DNA of 62,187 bases, taken from assembly GCA_015063545.1 (NCBI GenBank), contig SVTX01000006.1, positions 1 through 62,187 of the forward strand, written 5' to 3'. The notes below the pieces were generated by a model. The model ran no database searches. It saw only the letters and a list, made by a program, of their open reading frames with translations, and was not told the DNA's origin. This document shows, piece after piece, positions 48,889-57,904 of this stretch (position 1 is the first letter of the stretch; each line of letters opens with the position of its first letter). The stretch is from Oscillospiraceae bacterium. Its GTDB lineage: Bacteria > Bacillota > Clostridia > Oscillospirales > CAG-272. The translations under genes were made by a program, and so were the position numbers.

Positions 48889-49452
48889 TCAAATCTTGCC
48901 ATCTTTCAGCTCGTATATTTTTTTGCTGTATGCATTTACAATAACACGGTCCTTGGCATTGTCCAATACGACAACATAAAAAACATCACCCTTGATAGTG
49001 TAATCACATACTCCATGATTGACAGCTATCCTTCCGTGCTTTTGGAAATATAATGCATCCTCCAAACACCGCACGTAATCCTTGCGGCCAAAAGAACCTA
49101 TGAGAACCTTTTCTCTGACTTTTTCTTTCTCCGCAACAGTAGCAACTGTATCCTCGCAAATGCTGTATTCTTTGTTGTTAACAGCCTTCAATTTCAAATA
49201 TGTATCTTTAAAATTAATAACAAGGCGTATGCAAAGCGGTATAAAAAACACGAACATCAATATTACATATAGGAAATCGTATAAATCAAAGAAGTGTTCT
49301 ATTGTCAAATATAGAAATAGCACAGCCACCACACACCCTAAAAATGTATATATGATGCGTCCGATGTGCTTTAACATTTGAGATTTGACCTTTTTGTGTA
49401 AATCGGAATGAATACGATCTCTATCAAGTATTTTTTTGTTGTGTTGTCCCAT
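48889..49452 (-). CDS. Hypothetical 2-TM membrane protein, paralogue of 48181..48717
   Basis: Two TM helices, C-terminal GDVFYVV...YSKK; promoter TTGACT-17-TATAAT at 49481-49509. Confidence 0.7.
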   Translation of the reverse strand: MGQHNKKILDRDRIHSDLHKKVKSQMLKHIGRIIYTFLGCVVAVLFLYLTIEHFFDLYDFLYVILMFVFFIPLCIRLVINFKDTYLKLKAVNNKEYSICEDTVATVAEKEKVREKVLIGSFGRKDYVRCLEDALYFQKHGRIAVNHGVCDYTIKGDVFYVVVLDNAKDRVIVNAYSKKIYELKDGKI

Positions 49453-49544
49453 GAGTACCTCTTTTGAATTTACTTATACCATTATACCACTTATTATAAT
49501 CAAAGTCAAGTAATCGCCTTTAACGATCGGGGAAAGCAAGCAGA

Positions 49545-51029
49545 TTACTTCCCATAATTAGGTGTCAGTGGAGTGAACATGATACCCACCGCATTTTCCA
49601 TGTATTCTATTTTGTCGTAGTCGTAGTACAATACGCAATCCGTATATTTTTCATACAGCCATGACAGATTGGATGTGCTGCCGTTTGTTCCGTTATAGAA
49701 ATAATTGTAAGACCAACCCAATGAGGATGTTGATCTCTCATAGTTGTATCCTGCGAAAAGCTCAATTTCGTAGTTTGAATTTATCTTATATATCTCATGA
49801 TACATTTCCTTAATGTCTTCATAATGAATGCAGCCGTTGGCATCTATCCACACGCTGATCTCATCTGTGTATTCATAGCTCTGCAAAAGCTCGACGGATT
49901 TGTTATTGATTGACAAAATTGCAGTGATGTGCCAAGTGTCTGTGGGTGTGTGTTTTGCCATAAGAATAAGCTCGTCCGAGCCATCGGAGTTAAGGTCTTT
50001 TAGGCAGTAGCCCATTGACGATTTATAATCAAATGCCAAGTCTTTCTCGTTTGTATACATACCGTCGACAAATTGCCATACATTATATAATTCATCTTCT
50101 GAAAGGAGCTTTTGGGGATTTTCTGCGAAAAATACAGTATAATTGCTATGCGACCAGTCGCTTGGTTTTGATACCTTATTCCACCTATCCTTTGTGCCGG
50201 CAAAGTGTATGGTTACCGGACTTGAAGTTTTGGAAAATGCATTTTCGCCAATGGTTTCTATTGTGCTTGAAAGATAGAGATTAAAGAATGAATTGAAGGC
50301 GTATTCCTTTATAATTTTTACTCCATTTGGAATTTTGCAGTTTGTCGAATGTATCTGATTAAAAAACGCATGTTTACCTATGACGGCAATGCTACCGTCA
50401 TTTGGAATTTCCCAATCTGCCATAGCGCATATGAGGGTGGAGTTTTTCTTGTCTATCAGACAGTTGCCCTTTACGTAGAAATCAGAGTTGTTCTTTGATA
50501 CAGCAATGTATTGAAGATTTTTACACGTAAGAAATGGGTTTACTCCGATATAATCAACGCTTTCGGGAATGAATATACTCTGTAAGCTATAGCAACAGTG
50601 AAATGCCATATCCCCGATGCTTTCAACTCCTTTTTGAAGAGTGACAGATTCGAGATTTTCGCAAAACTCAAATGCAGTGGTGCCGATACTCTTTACAGAT
50701 GCGCTGAGCACTACGGATCTTATGTCCTTGCAGTTATAGAACGCACCGTCTGCAATCTCCGTTACTTTGTCTCCGTCGGGGGAGGTGGAGGGAATAACTA
50801 TATGTTCATCTGTACATGTTCCGATGCCTGTGACCGAACACGATCCGTCATTGTTTGAAATGAATTCCAGACCATCAGAACAGCTTGCTTTGGCACATTC
50901 AGTCGCAGACTCAGCGGGGCGCTCCTCGGAAAGCTTGTCCTTGATGTCGTTCTCATCACACGAGAAAAACAAAATGCAGGTGGCGATCAATGTCATAAGT
51001 GTGAGTATTAATGCAAGAGCTTTTTTCAT
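49545..51029 (-). CDS. BspA-type LRR lipoprotein
   Basis: Signal peptide ending FFSC, GIGTCTD...IP.....V.I...AF cap, TpLRR repeats, and a C-terminal domain with a DLNSDGSDEL motif. Confidence 0.82.
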   Translation of the reverse strand: MKKALALILTLMTLIATCILFFSCDENDIKDKLSEERPAESATECAKASCSDGLEFISNNDGSCSVTGIGTCTDEHIVIPSTSPDGDKVTEIADGAFYNCKDIRSVVLSASVKSIGTTAFEFCENLESVTLQKGVESIGDMAFHCCYSLQSIFIPESVDYIGVNPFLTCKNLQYIAVSKNNSDFYVKGNCLIDKKNSTLICAMADWEIPNDGSIAVIGKHAFFNQIHSTNCKIPNGVKIIKEYAFNSFFNLYLSSTIETIGENAFSKTSSPVTIHFAGTKDRWNKVSKPSDWSHSNYTVFFAENPQKLLSEDELYNVWQFVDGMYTNEKDLAFDYKSSMGYCLKDLNSDGSDELILMAKHTPTDTWHITAILSINNKSVELLQSYEYTDEISVWIDANGCIHYEDIKEMYHEIYKINSNYEIELFAGYNYERSTSSLGWSYNYFYNGTNGSTSNLSWLYEKYTDCVLYYDYDKIEYMENAVGIMFTPLTPNYGK

Positions 51030-51130
51030 GGTCTTTTCCTTCCTTTTAGTTGAATTGTTTTATATTTTGGGGGCAAAAACGGTGCGGCAAAAGTCGCACC
51101 GTTTTTATCATTATATTACGTTATCAAATA

Positions 51131-52423
51131 TCAGTTTGTTGCAGATGTGTAAGATACAGATCCCATGTCCATAACAAGCTTGATATCGGCGCCGAGTGCA
51201 GCGAACTTTTCCACAATGTTGACGTATCCGCGCTGGATCTTGTCAATTCCTGTGATCTCGGATGCACCTTCACTTCTGAGAGCCGCGATGACCATAGCCG
51301 CACCTGCTCTGAGGTCATGACAGGTAAGGGGAGCGCAGCCTGTGCTTTCAACACCCTTTATAACTGCTGTGTTGGATTCAACCGAAACATTAGCGCCTGT
51401 CTTTGTAAGTTCATCGACAAATCTGAATCTGCTGGGGAATATGTTATCTGTAACCTTGGATGTACCCTGTGCGTAGCAGAGCATGGTGGAGAACTGAGCC
51501 TGCATGTCTGTGGGGAAACCGGGATAGGGCTGAGTTGCGATATCAACTGCCTTGTACTTTCCGCAGGATTCAACGGTTATGTAGCTGTCGCCAACTGTTA
51601 CGTTGATGCCCGCCTCGATAAGCTTATTTGTTACACTTTCAAGATGCTTGGGGATTATGTTTGTAACAGTAACTCTGCCGCCTACAGTTGCGGCTGCTAC
51701 CATGTATGTGCCTGCTTCTATCATGTCGGGGGCGATGGAGTAACGGCAACCGTGAAGTTCCTTGACACCCTTTACCTTGATCACGCTTGTTCCTGCGCCT
51801 GTGATGTTTGCACCGCAAGCGTTGAGGAATACCGCAAGGTCAACTATGTGAGGCTCACGTGCTGCGTTTTCGATAACCGTTGTACCCTCAGCATATACAG
51901 ATGCGAGAATGGAGTTAACTGTTGCACCTACAGATACCTTGTCAAAGAATATCGTGTTTCCGCGAAGTTCCTCGGTCGTTTCAACCTCGATGTGTCCGTT
52001 TCTGATGTGGCACTGCGCTCCGAGCGCTTCAAACGCCTTCATGTGGAAATCAAGAGGTCTGGAGCCTATGCTACATCCGCCGGGGAGGATAACGCTTGCT
52101 TCACCGAATCTTCCAAGCTCTGCGCCGAGAAGGTAGGATGAACCGCGAAGCTGTGATGCAAGGTCATCGGGAGAAGAACAGGGCTGTATGTTTTTACAGT
52201 TTATCTGAACGGAGGTGGAACTGAGAATTTTCACCTCTGCTCCGGATGCTGCAAGGATTTCAAGAAGGAGTTTTATATCGCTGACCATGGGAACGTTATC
52301 TATTATGCATGTTTCACCCGTAAGAATGCATGCGGAAATAACCGGAAGGGCAGAGTTCTTCATTCCTCCGATTGCTACTGTACCGTAAAGAGGCTTGCCG
52401 CCGTTGACTATGATCTTATCCAT
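51131..52423 (-). CDS. murA: UDP-N-acetylglucosamine 1-carboxyvinyltransferase
   Basis: KNSALP, LPGGC.IG.RP (active-site Cys present), SVGAT, AREPHI, YPGFPTD, DLRAGAA. Confidence 0.95.
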   Translation of the reverse strand: MDKIIVNGGKPLYGTVAIGGMKNSALPVISACILTGETCIIDNVPMVSDIKLLLEILAASGAEVKILSSTSVQINCKNIQPCSSPDDLASQLRGSSYLLGAELGRFGEASVILPGGCSIGSRPLDFHMKAFEALGAQCHIRNGHIEVETTEELRGNTIFFDKVSVGATVNSILASVYAEGTTVIENAAREPHIVDLAVFLNACGANITGAGTSVIKVKGVKELHGCRYSIAPDMIEAGTYMVAAATVGGRVTVTNIIPKHLESVTNKLIEAGINVTVGDSYITVESCGKYKAVDIATQPYPGFPTDMQAQFSTMLCYAQGTSKVTDNIFPSRFRFVDELTKTGANVSVESNTAVIKGVESTGCAPLTCHDLRAGAAMVIAALRSEGASEITGIDKIQRGYVNIVEKFAALGADIKLVMDMGSVSYTSATN

Positions 52424-52928
52424 TCTGTACCTCTGTTCTGCCGTATGGCGAATTTATTTTGTGGGGAAAAAGGGAATAGCACGTTGAATTTTAAGGGGAA
52501 AAGTGTCTTTGGGGAAAAGCCACTCGTTTTTCATCATGCTTTGTTTTTTTATATAAAAATTTGTCGAATTCTACTCGGGTGTGCATGTATATATTTTACC
52601 ATATTCCAGCATTTTTGTAAATAGAATATGCGCGTTATTTACAAATATTTAACAATTTAAAAAGTAAAAAATTTCCTTATTTTTTGTCGTATAAAATCTA
52701 ACGTTGTGTCGTACCAATGCAAATACAAATGTTCTATATTGTGCTAATTTGGCACTAATAATGAATAAAAAGTTTCCAAATTGAGAGAAAATTAATAAAA
52801 TAAATATAAAAAAAGAAAATCGTACACAAAATATGTCGTTATATTATTTGAAATTAACTACGACATAAAATTTAATGCTTAACAAATTGAAAAAAATGTC
52901 ATATTTAGGGCTGAAAAAAATAAAAAAA

Positions 52929-52960
52929 CCGTTACACAGACATTGTATGCCGTGTAACGG
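52929..52960 (-). terminator. Terminator after the DUF3810-like gene
   Basis: ccgttacac...gtgtaacgg, with an A-run on the left (U-run on the minus strand). Confidence 0.65.
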
Positions 52961-52984
52961 AAAAGTGTTATTATTTTTTTGTTT

Positions 52985-54187
52985 TTAATTTATGATGTTG
53001 TTGTTTTTTAAATATGCGACCGTAAGTCTGACGACCAGGTCATAGCTTATTTCTCCCTCTGTTCCTTGGATTTTAAGAAAGGTATCATTAACCGCAGAAG
53101 ATACTTTGCTTGCTCCGGAATCATAGTATTGCATAAAAAATTCACTGTATGCAATTTGTTCACGCAATACCCGAACATTGAGTTGTTTATCCGCTTCATA
53201 GAACAGCTTGGCATCGGTAGCACGTAGTGCTTTCGCAACATATTCGTACATATTAAGATAAGCGCTGTACAGAATATACGGATCCTCAGATTCCATACAT
53301 ACTAAAAACGCCATCATATTGGCTTCGTCCTCTCGCGCAATTCCTCTCTGATGTGCCATTTCATGGGCAGCCGTAAAGGGTGTGGAGTAGTCTGGAAAGT
53401 CTATGTTTATATTAGTTTCTCCTGTGAAGAAGGTGTATATGCCCAATGTGTGCATGTAAGACATGCCCTTACTCAGCATTACAGGCTTGAGCTTGCTGTC
53501 AAAAGTGGTGATAAAATCATTCTTTTGGCAAAATGCATCGTATGCTGTATTCAGCTTTTTGTTCATTTCCTCAAATGAATACGGCATTTTTGAAAGATCA
53601 TCTTCACCGTATTCGATTTCGGAGGAAAGAGTGTTCAGCTGATTTATAAGATATCTGGTGGTTTGATTCAGGTCGCTTTTGGTTATTTCTGTTTGTTCTA
53701 TGCCGAGTTTTTTATCAAGAGTGGGGGTTCTGTATCCGGTGGCAAAGGTCATAACAAATAAAGAAAATATCAAGGCAACTGCGGCGAATGGAACCGACAG
53801 TGCAGATATGACCATTTTCCACGTGTGGCTGCGTTGTTTGATTGCAAAAATAATATATACAACGGTTGCGGGAATAATCGAAATAATTATAAACTCTGCT
53901 AATGAAAATGGGAATATTCCCGTTATTTTTGCCAATATCATTCTAAAAAATGAGCTTATTCGGAAATTGAAAAAGTCTGCAAATTTTTCACTGAATATGG
54001 CTGAAACGTATATTATTAAACATACCCCCGCCAAGCAAAACATTATCTTGCAAAAAAGAGGGATTCGCTCGTGTTTTTTGGGTACCGCGCGCCAGAGTTT
54101 TTTTTCCTCGTCTGTCAGATAGGCGTAATCTTTGGCAGACAGGGATTCTATATAAACATCTTTTTCTTGTGTTTTTTGTTTTTTCAT
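52985..54187 (-). CDS. DUF3810-like membrane zincin
   Basis: PFSLAE, G.Y.FFTGE.N.N, HEMAHQRG.AREDEAN. Confidence 0.82.
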   Translation of the reverse strand: MKKQKTQEKDVYIESLSAKDYAYLTDEEKKLWRAVPKKHERIPLFCKIMFCLAGVCLIIYVSAIFSEKFADFFNFRISSFFRMILAKITGIFPFSLAEFIIISIIPATVVYIIFAIKQRSHTWKMVISALSVPFAAVALIFSLFVMTFATGYRTPTLDKKLGIEQTEITKSDLNQTTRYLINQLNTLSSEIEYGEDDLSKMPYSFEEMNKKLNTAYDAFCQKNDFITTFDSKLKPVMLSKGMSYMHTLGIYTFFTGETNINIDFPDYSTPFTAAHEMAHQRGIAREDEANMMAFLVCMESEDPYILYSAYLNMYEYVAKALRATDAKLFYEADKQLNVRVLREQIAYSEFFMQYYDSGASKVSSAVNDTFLKIQGTEGEISYDLVVRLTVAYLKNNNIIN

Positions 54188-54197
54188 GCTTTTCCTT

Positions 54198-55130
54198 TCA
54201 TGTATTCAGATACAGAGAAATATCATTGCCTGTTATTGAGAAAAATGCGTTTCTTATATCGTCAGGAACATCTGCAACAACGTGTTTTGATTCATGGGAA
54301 AACGGAAGCGTAAAATAAATATTATATGCATGCAGGGCGTGTCTGGATATGTATTCGGACGGTTGTCCGTACAAGTCGTCTCCCAAAAGCGGATATCCGA
54401 TAGATTGAAAGTGAACGCGTATCTGATGCGTTCTGCCCGTTTCCGGGTATGCTCTGACAAGACTTATGCCATTTCCGCTATATAAAAGCTCCCAATCGGT
54501 TTTGGCAGCCATAGCACCGGGTTCATCCAAATTACACACAGTACGCATTATAACGCTATCCTGTTGACGTTTCATGGGGCTGTCTATGAACCCGTTCGTT
54601 TGCTTAAGCTCTCCACAGAGTATAGCAATATAGCTTTTTCTAACGTTATTATTTTTGCGCTCATTCGTAAAATGAGCAGCAGAAGCCATATTCTTCGCTA
54701 TAACAGTTATTCCGCTTGTGTTTTTATCGAGTCTTCCTACAGGTCGGAAAACAAGGGGGATGCCGCGTTCACGATAGATAAAAGCCAAAGCGTTGGCAAG
54801 AGTGTCATCGTGATGGTTGTGCGATGGATGGGTAGGCATAAAAGGGGGCTTGTTTATAACAAATATATTCTCATCCTCATAGATAATATCTATTGGAATA
54901 GGCATGGGGGATATATTGGTGTTGTCGGCATCGGAAGAATCGTCAATGTTTATGTGGAGCATATCATTGAATTTAAGTACGTATCTGACAGTAACGTGTG
55001 TGCCGTTTATTTCCAGTCCGTGAGGATCTTGTTTGAGCTTTGTAATACATGCGGAGGATATTTTTAGAGTAAATTTTAAATAAGACAACAGGGTTCTGCC
55101 TACGTATTGCTCGCTTATACGAATGTCCAT
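54198..55130 (-). CDS. RluA-family RNA pseudouridine synthase
   Basis: NKP....HP, GRLDKNTSG, TGRTHQIRVH, GDDLYG, ALHA. Confidence 0.92.
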   Translation of the reverse strand: MDIRISEQYVGRTLLSYLKFTLKISSACITKLKQDPHGLEINGTHVTVRYVLKFNDMLHINIDDSSDADNTNISPMPIPIDIIYEDENIFVINKPPFMPTHPSHNHHDDTLANALAFIYRERGIPLVFRPVGRLDKNTSGITVIAKNMASAAHFTNERKNNNVRKSYIAILCGELKQTNGFIDSPMKRQQDSVIMRTVCNLDEPGAMAAKTDWELLYSGNGISLVRAYPETGRTHQIRVHFQSIGYPLLGDDLYGQPSEYISRHALHAYNIYFTLPFSHESKHVVADVPDDIRNAFFSITGNDISLYLNT

Positions 55131-55282
55131 AAAGTCCTCCAATCAAGATATTACAATCATTATATCACACTTTTATAATATTTATAAGAATGTTTTGTTA
55201 ATATTTGAATTTACATCGGCGTAATAATCCTGAGAGCGCTTAAATATAATATATCAATGAAGCTGTTGGGAGGTACATATTT

Positions 55283-56605
55283 ATGAAAAAATTTTTAGGT
55301 GTGATGTTACCTATATTTGCCGTATGTGTATTGATGTGCTTGTTCTGTGTCGGCGCACACGCGGCGGAGATCGTGTCAAATGATAACGTGTCTGTAGTTT
55401 CTTACGGATTGCACGTTCTTGCAAATCAGACAGATATGAGGGTTGCGGGAATAAAGGGGCATATACTGAACTTTTCGGAGCAGAATTTCATGTGTGGCAT
55501 GAATCTTTCGGATATTGAAAGCATACAAATTACAGAAATTCCCGACCCCACTTTGGGAACGCTATATTACGGATCCGAAAAGGTACAGGCGGGGCAGAAA
55601 ATATCCGGAGACAATATAGCCAATATGACATTTTCCGCTGCAAGCGATCTGTCTTCGTGCGCGGTATTCAGCTTCCGTGTAAACGGAGGCGCGTATGAGA
55701 ATACGTGTAAGATATATATGTTAAGCTCTATGAACTCGTCACCTACAACCGATAATGCATCGTTTGCATCTTTAAATATAGAAACGCATAAAAATATAGG
55801 TGTATCCGGTGTGCTGTCGGGACATGATCCGGAGGGAGATGAATTGACTTTTGAAATAACAAAATATCCCGAAAAGGGAGTTGTCAAGATGACCGACAGA
55901 AATTACGGCACCTATACGTATATCCCTTCCAACGGATATTCCGGCAAGGATAGCTTTGAATATGTAGTTTACGATAAATACGGAAATTACAGCGCGTCCA
56001 AGGAGGTTTGTGTGTATGTAAGTGCGCCTTCTGTTTCGGTGGTTTATAGCGACTTGGCGGGCAGTGGTATTCATACTTATGCTATCTTTTTGACAGAGGA
56101 AGGAATAATGAATGGCGTTCAGGTAGGAGAGCATTACTATTTCAAGCCCGAAAGCGAGGTCAGTCGCGCGGAATTTGTTGTTACCGCTATGAACGCGATG
56201 GGAATAAAGGACGTTCCCACGGTATCTGATACGGGATTTGCGGATGATGCGGATATCAGACCTGAGATGAAGGGATATATTGCGCTTGCATACACTAAAG
56301 GATATATAAGCGGAATAAGAAAAGACGGCGAGATATATTTTTGCCCCGATGAGACTATCCTGCTTTCCGAGGCGGCTGTTATACTCAGCAATATAATAGG
56401 CTATTCCGAGCCCGTTATCAAACCCGTATTTGCCGATGCTGATAAAATACCCGCATGGTCGGAGCGAGCAGTTATATCCTTGCATGCACTTGGAGTGATA
56501 GAATGCGGAAGTGACAGTATAGAGGTTAGCAGAGAAGTTACCAGAGGCGAGATGGCTAAATTATTATCAAAGGCGATGGTTATTGCTAAAAATATAAAAA
56601 AATAA
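55283..56605 (+). CDS. Secreted SLH-domain protein with Ig/cadherin-like domains
   Basis: Signal peptide, DPEGD.LTF...P.KG, Y.P..GY.G.DSF.Y, and three SLH-like repeats (F.P...VSRAEF, F.D..DI, VTRGEMA). Confidence 0.85.
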   Translation: MKKFLGVMLPIFAVCVLMCLFCVGAHAAEIVSNDNVSVVSYGLHVLANQTDMRVAGIKGHILNFSEQNFMCGMNLSDIESIQITEIPDPTLGTLYYGSEKVQAGQKISGDNIANMTFSAASDLSSCAVFSFRVNGGAYENTCKIYMLSSMNSSPTTDNASFASLNIETHKNIGVSGVLSGHDPEGDELTFEITKYPEKGVVKMTDRNYGTYTYIPSNGYSGKDSFEYVVYDKYGNYSASKEVCVYVSAPSVSVVYSDLAGSGIHTYAIFLTEEGIMNGVQVGEHYYFKPESEVSRAEFVVTAMNAMGIKDVPTVSDTGFADDADIRPEMKGYIALAYTKGYISGIRKDGEIYFCPDETILLSEAAVILSNIIGYSEPVIKPVFADADKIPAWSERAVISLHALGVIECGSDSIEVSREVTRGEMAKLLSKAMVIAKNIKK

Positions 56606-56668
56606 AAACACAAAAAGCGCTTATATGTTCCAAAGAGGAATCTATAAGCGCTTCTTGGTTTATACGGA

Positions 56669-57088
56669 TTAGTTCAAAGCACCCTTGATCTCTTCTACCC
56701 AAGCGAGGATATCAGCCTTTTCGGCGTCTGTTACCTTGGAATCGAAAAGTCCCATCTTGATGTGCTTTACGTTGTCGATTACGTTTGTGCCTGCTTCGCG
56801 GAGAAGTTCCTTTGTCTTTTCAACAGCAACATCGTCGCCGGCCGTAAGGATCGCTACGTTTGCAGCTCTTACCTTTGTAAGCTCTCTTACGAAAAGTCTG
56901 TAATCATCGGGAAGAGCTCCCTTGAGGTTGATGGCAAGGATAACGATTCTTTCCTTGTCACATGAGTATGCGGGGGGAATTCTGTCTACGGAATTTACAT
57001 TAAGGTCATATTCTGCCTTAATCATGTTTCCAATGGCGAGAAGCTTTTTCTTCTCGGGGTAGCAAAGTACTCTCATTTTGATTGCCAT
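56669..57088 (-). CDS. Hypothetical protein, possible flavodoxin-like fold
   Basis: 139 aa with strong RBS (GGAGG); alternating beta/alpha pattern; no FMN phosphate loop. Confidence 0.6.
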   Translation of the reverse strand: MAIKMRVLCYPEKKKLLAIGNMIKAEYDLNVNSVDRIPPAYSCDKERIVILAINLKGALPDDYRLFVRELTKVRAANVAILTAGDDVAVEKTKELLREAGTNVIDNVKHIKMGLFDSKVTDAEKADILAWVEEIKGALN

Positions 57089-57169
57089 TTGTTTAATCCT
57101 CCAAAAGAAATTTTATTGATTTAATTATAATATGTTTGCCGTTAAGAATCAATGAGAATATGTAAACAT

Positions 57170-57904
57170 TTATCTGAATTGCTGCATATTAGCATCATAG
57201 ACGTCAGTTCTCATTATTCTGTACGAGATGTTTTGTGCATCGGAGAAAATATCCGTATTTTGTTTTATTGCAGTTACAAGATATTCGGGGTTCAAACTCT
57301 CGGTGTTTCCTGCGGCAAGAACGGCGTTTATTTCCAGCGTATTGCCGTCTGTGTTTGCTGCAATATCTTTAATGTAAGATTTGATATCTACTTCCTTTTC
57401 GCCGGACTTTGACCGTTTTGTCATCATGATGGGTGTAGATACGAAAAACAGCTTTGCTATTTGTGCCAGCGAGTTGTCCGGTAGGTGGTCCGACTTGATA
57501 GTAATGGAATATCGTGCGTAGCTTATTTCCAAGAATTTTCTGCTTGGTATATATGCCTCGAGCACGTACATTTCATCTGTGAGATTGGCATTGAGCTGAT
57601 CTTTTATTTCGTCGAGAGTGATCTCACGTTCTATTTTCAGATCGGCAAATTCGCACATGCTTTCTGTGCCGACAGACAAGGGAAGTCCGAATACAAGCTT
57701 GGCATGGGGGTTAAATCCCTTTGTATACCACATGGGAATGCCCGAACGCACGAGTATTCTGTGGAATGATCTTTGAAGATCAAGGTGAGATATAAACTGC
57801 AGATTGCCAACCTTGCAGAATTTTATTCTGACAGTAATGGGGGCATCAAGCATGGGACGTGAAAACTTGGAGTAGCAGCTCTTTACTTCTTCTTTGGACA
57901 GCAT
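57170..57904 (-). CDS. Radical SAM-linked protein (TIGR03936/DUF2344-like)
   Basis: FISHLD, GFNPH, L.VG.ES..E, K.SKSG...VDI; GGAGGTG RBS; overlaps the upstream gene. Confidence 0.88.
   Translation of the reverse strand: MLSKEEVKSCYSKFSRPMLDAPITVRIKFCKVGNLQFISHLDLQRSFHRILVRSGIPMWYTKGFNPHAKLVFGLPLSVGTESMCEFADLKIEREITLDEIKDQLNANLTDEMYVLEAYIPSRKFLEISYARYSITIKSDHLPDNSLAQIAKLFFVSTPIMMTKRSKSGEKEVDIKSYIKDIAANTDGNTLEINAVLAAGNTESLNPEYLVTAIKQNTDIFSDAQNISYRIMRTDVYDANMQQFR

Noticed and set aside
49497-49510. CtsR-box-like TCAAAGTCAA
   Set aside because: Lacks the 3-nt spacer between heptads; better explained as the -35 of the local promoter.
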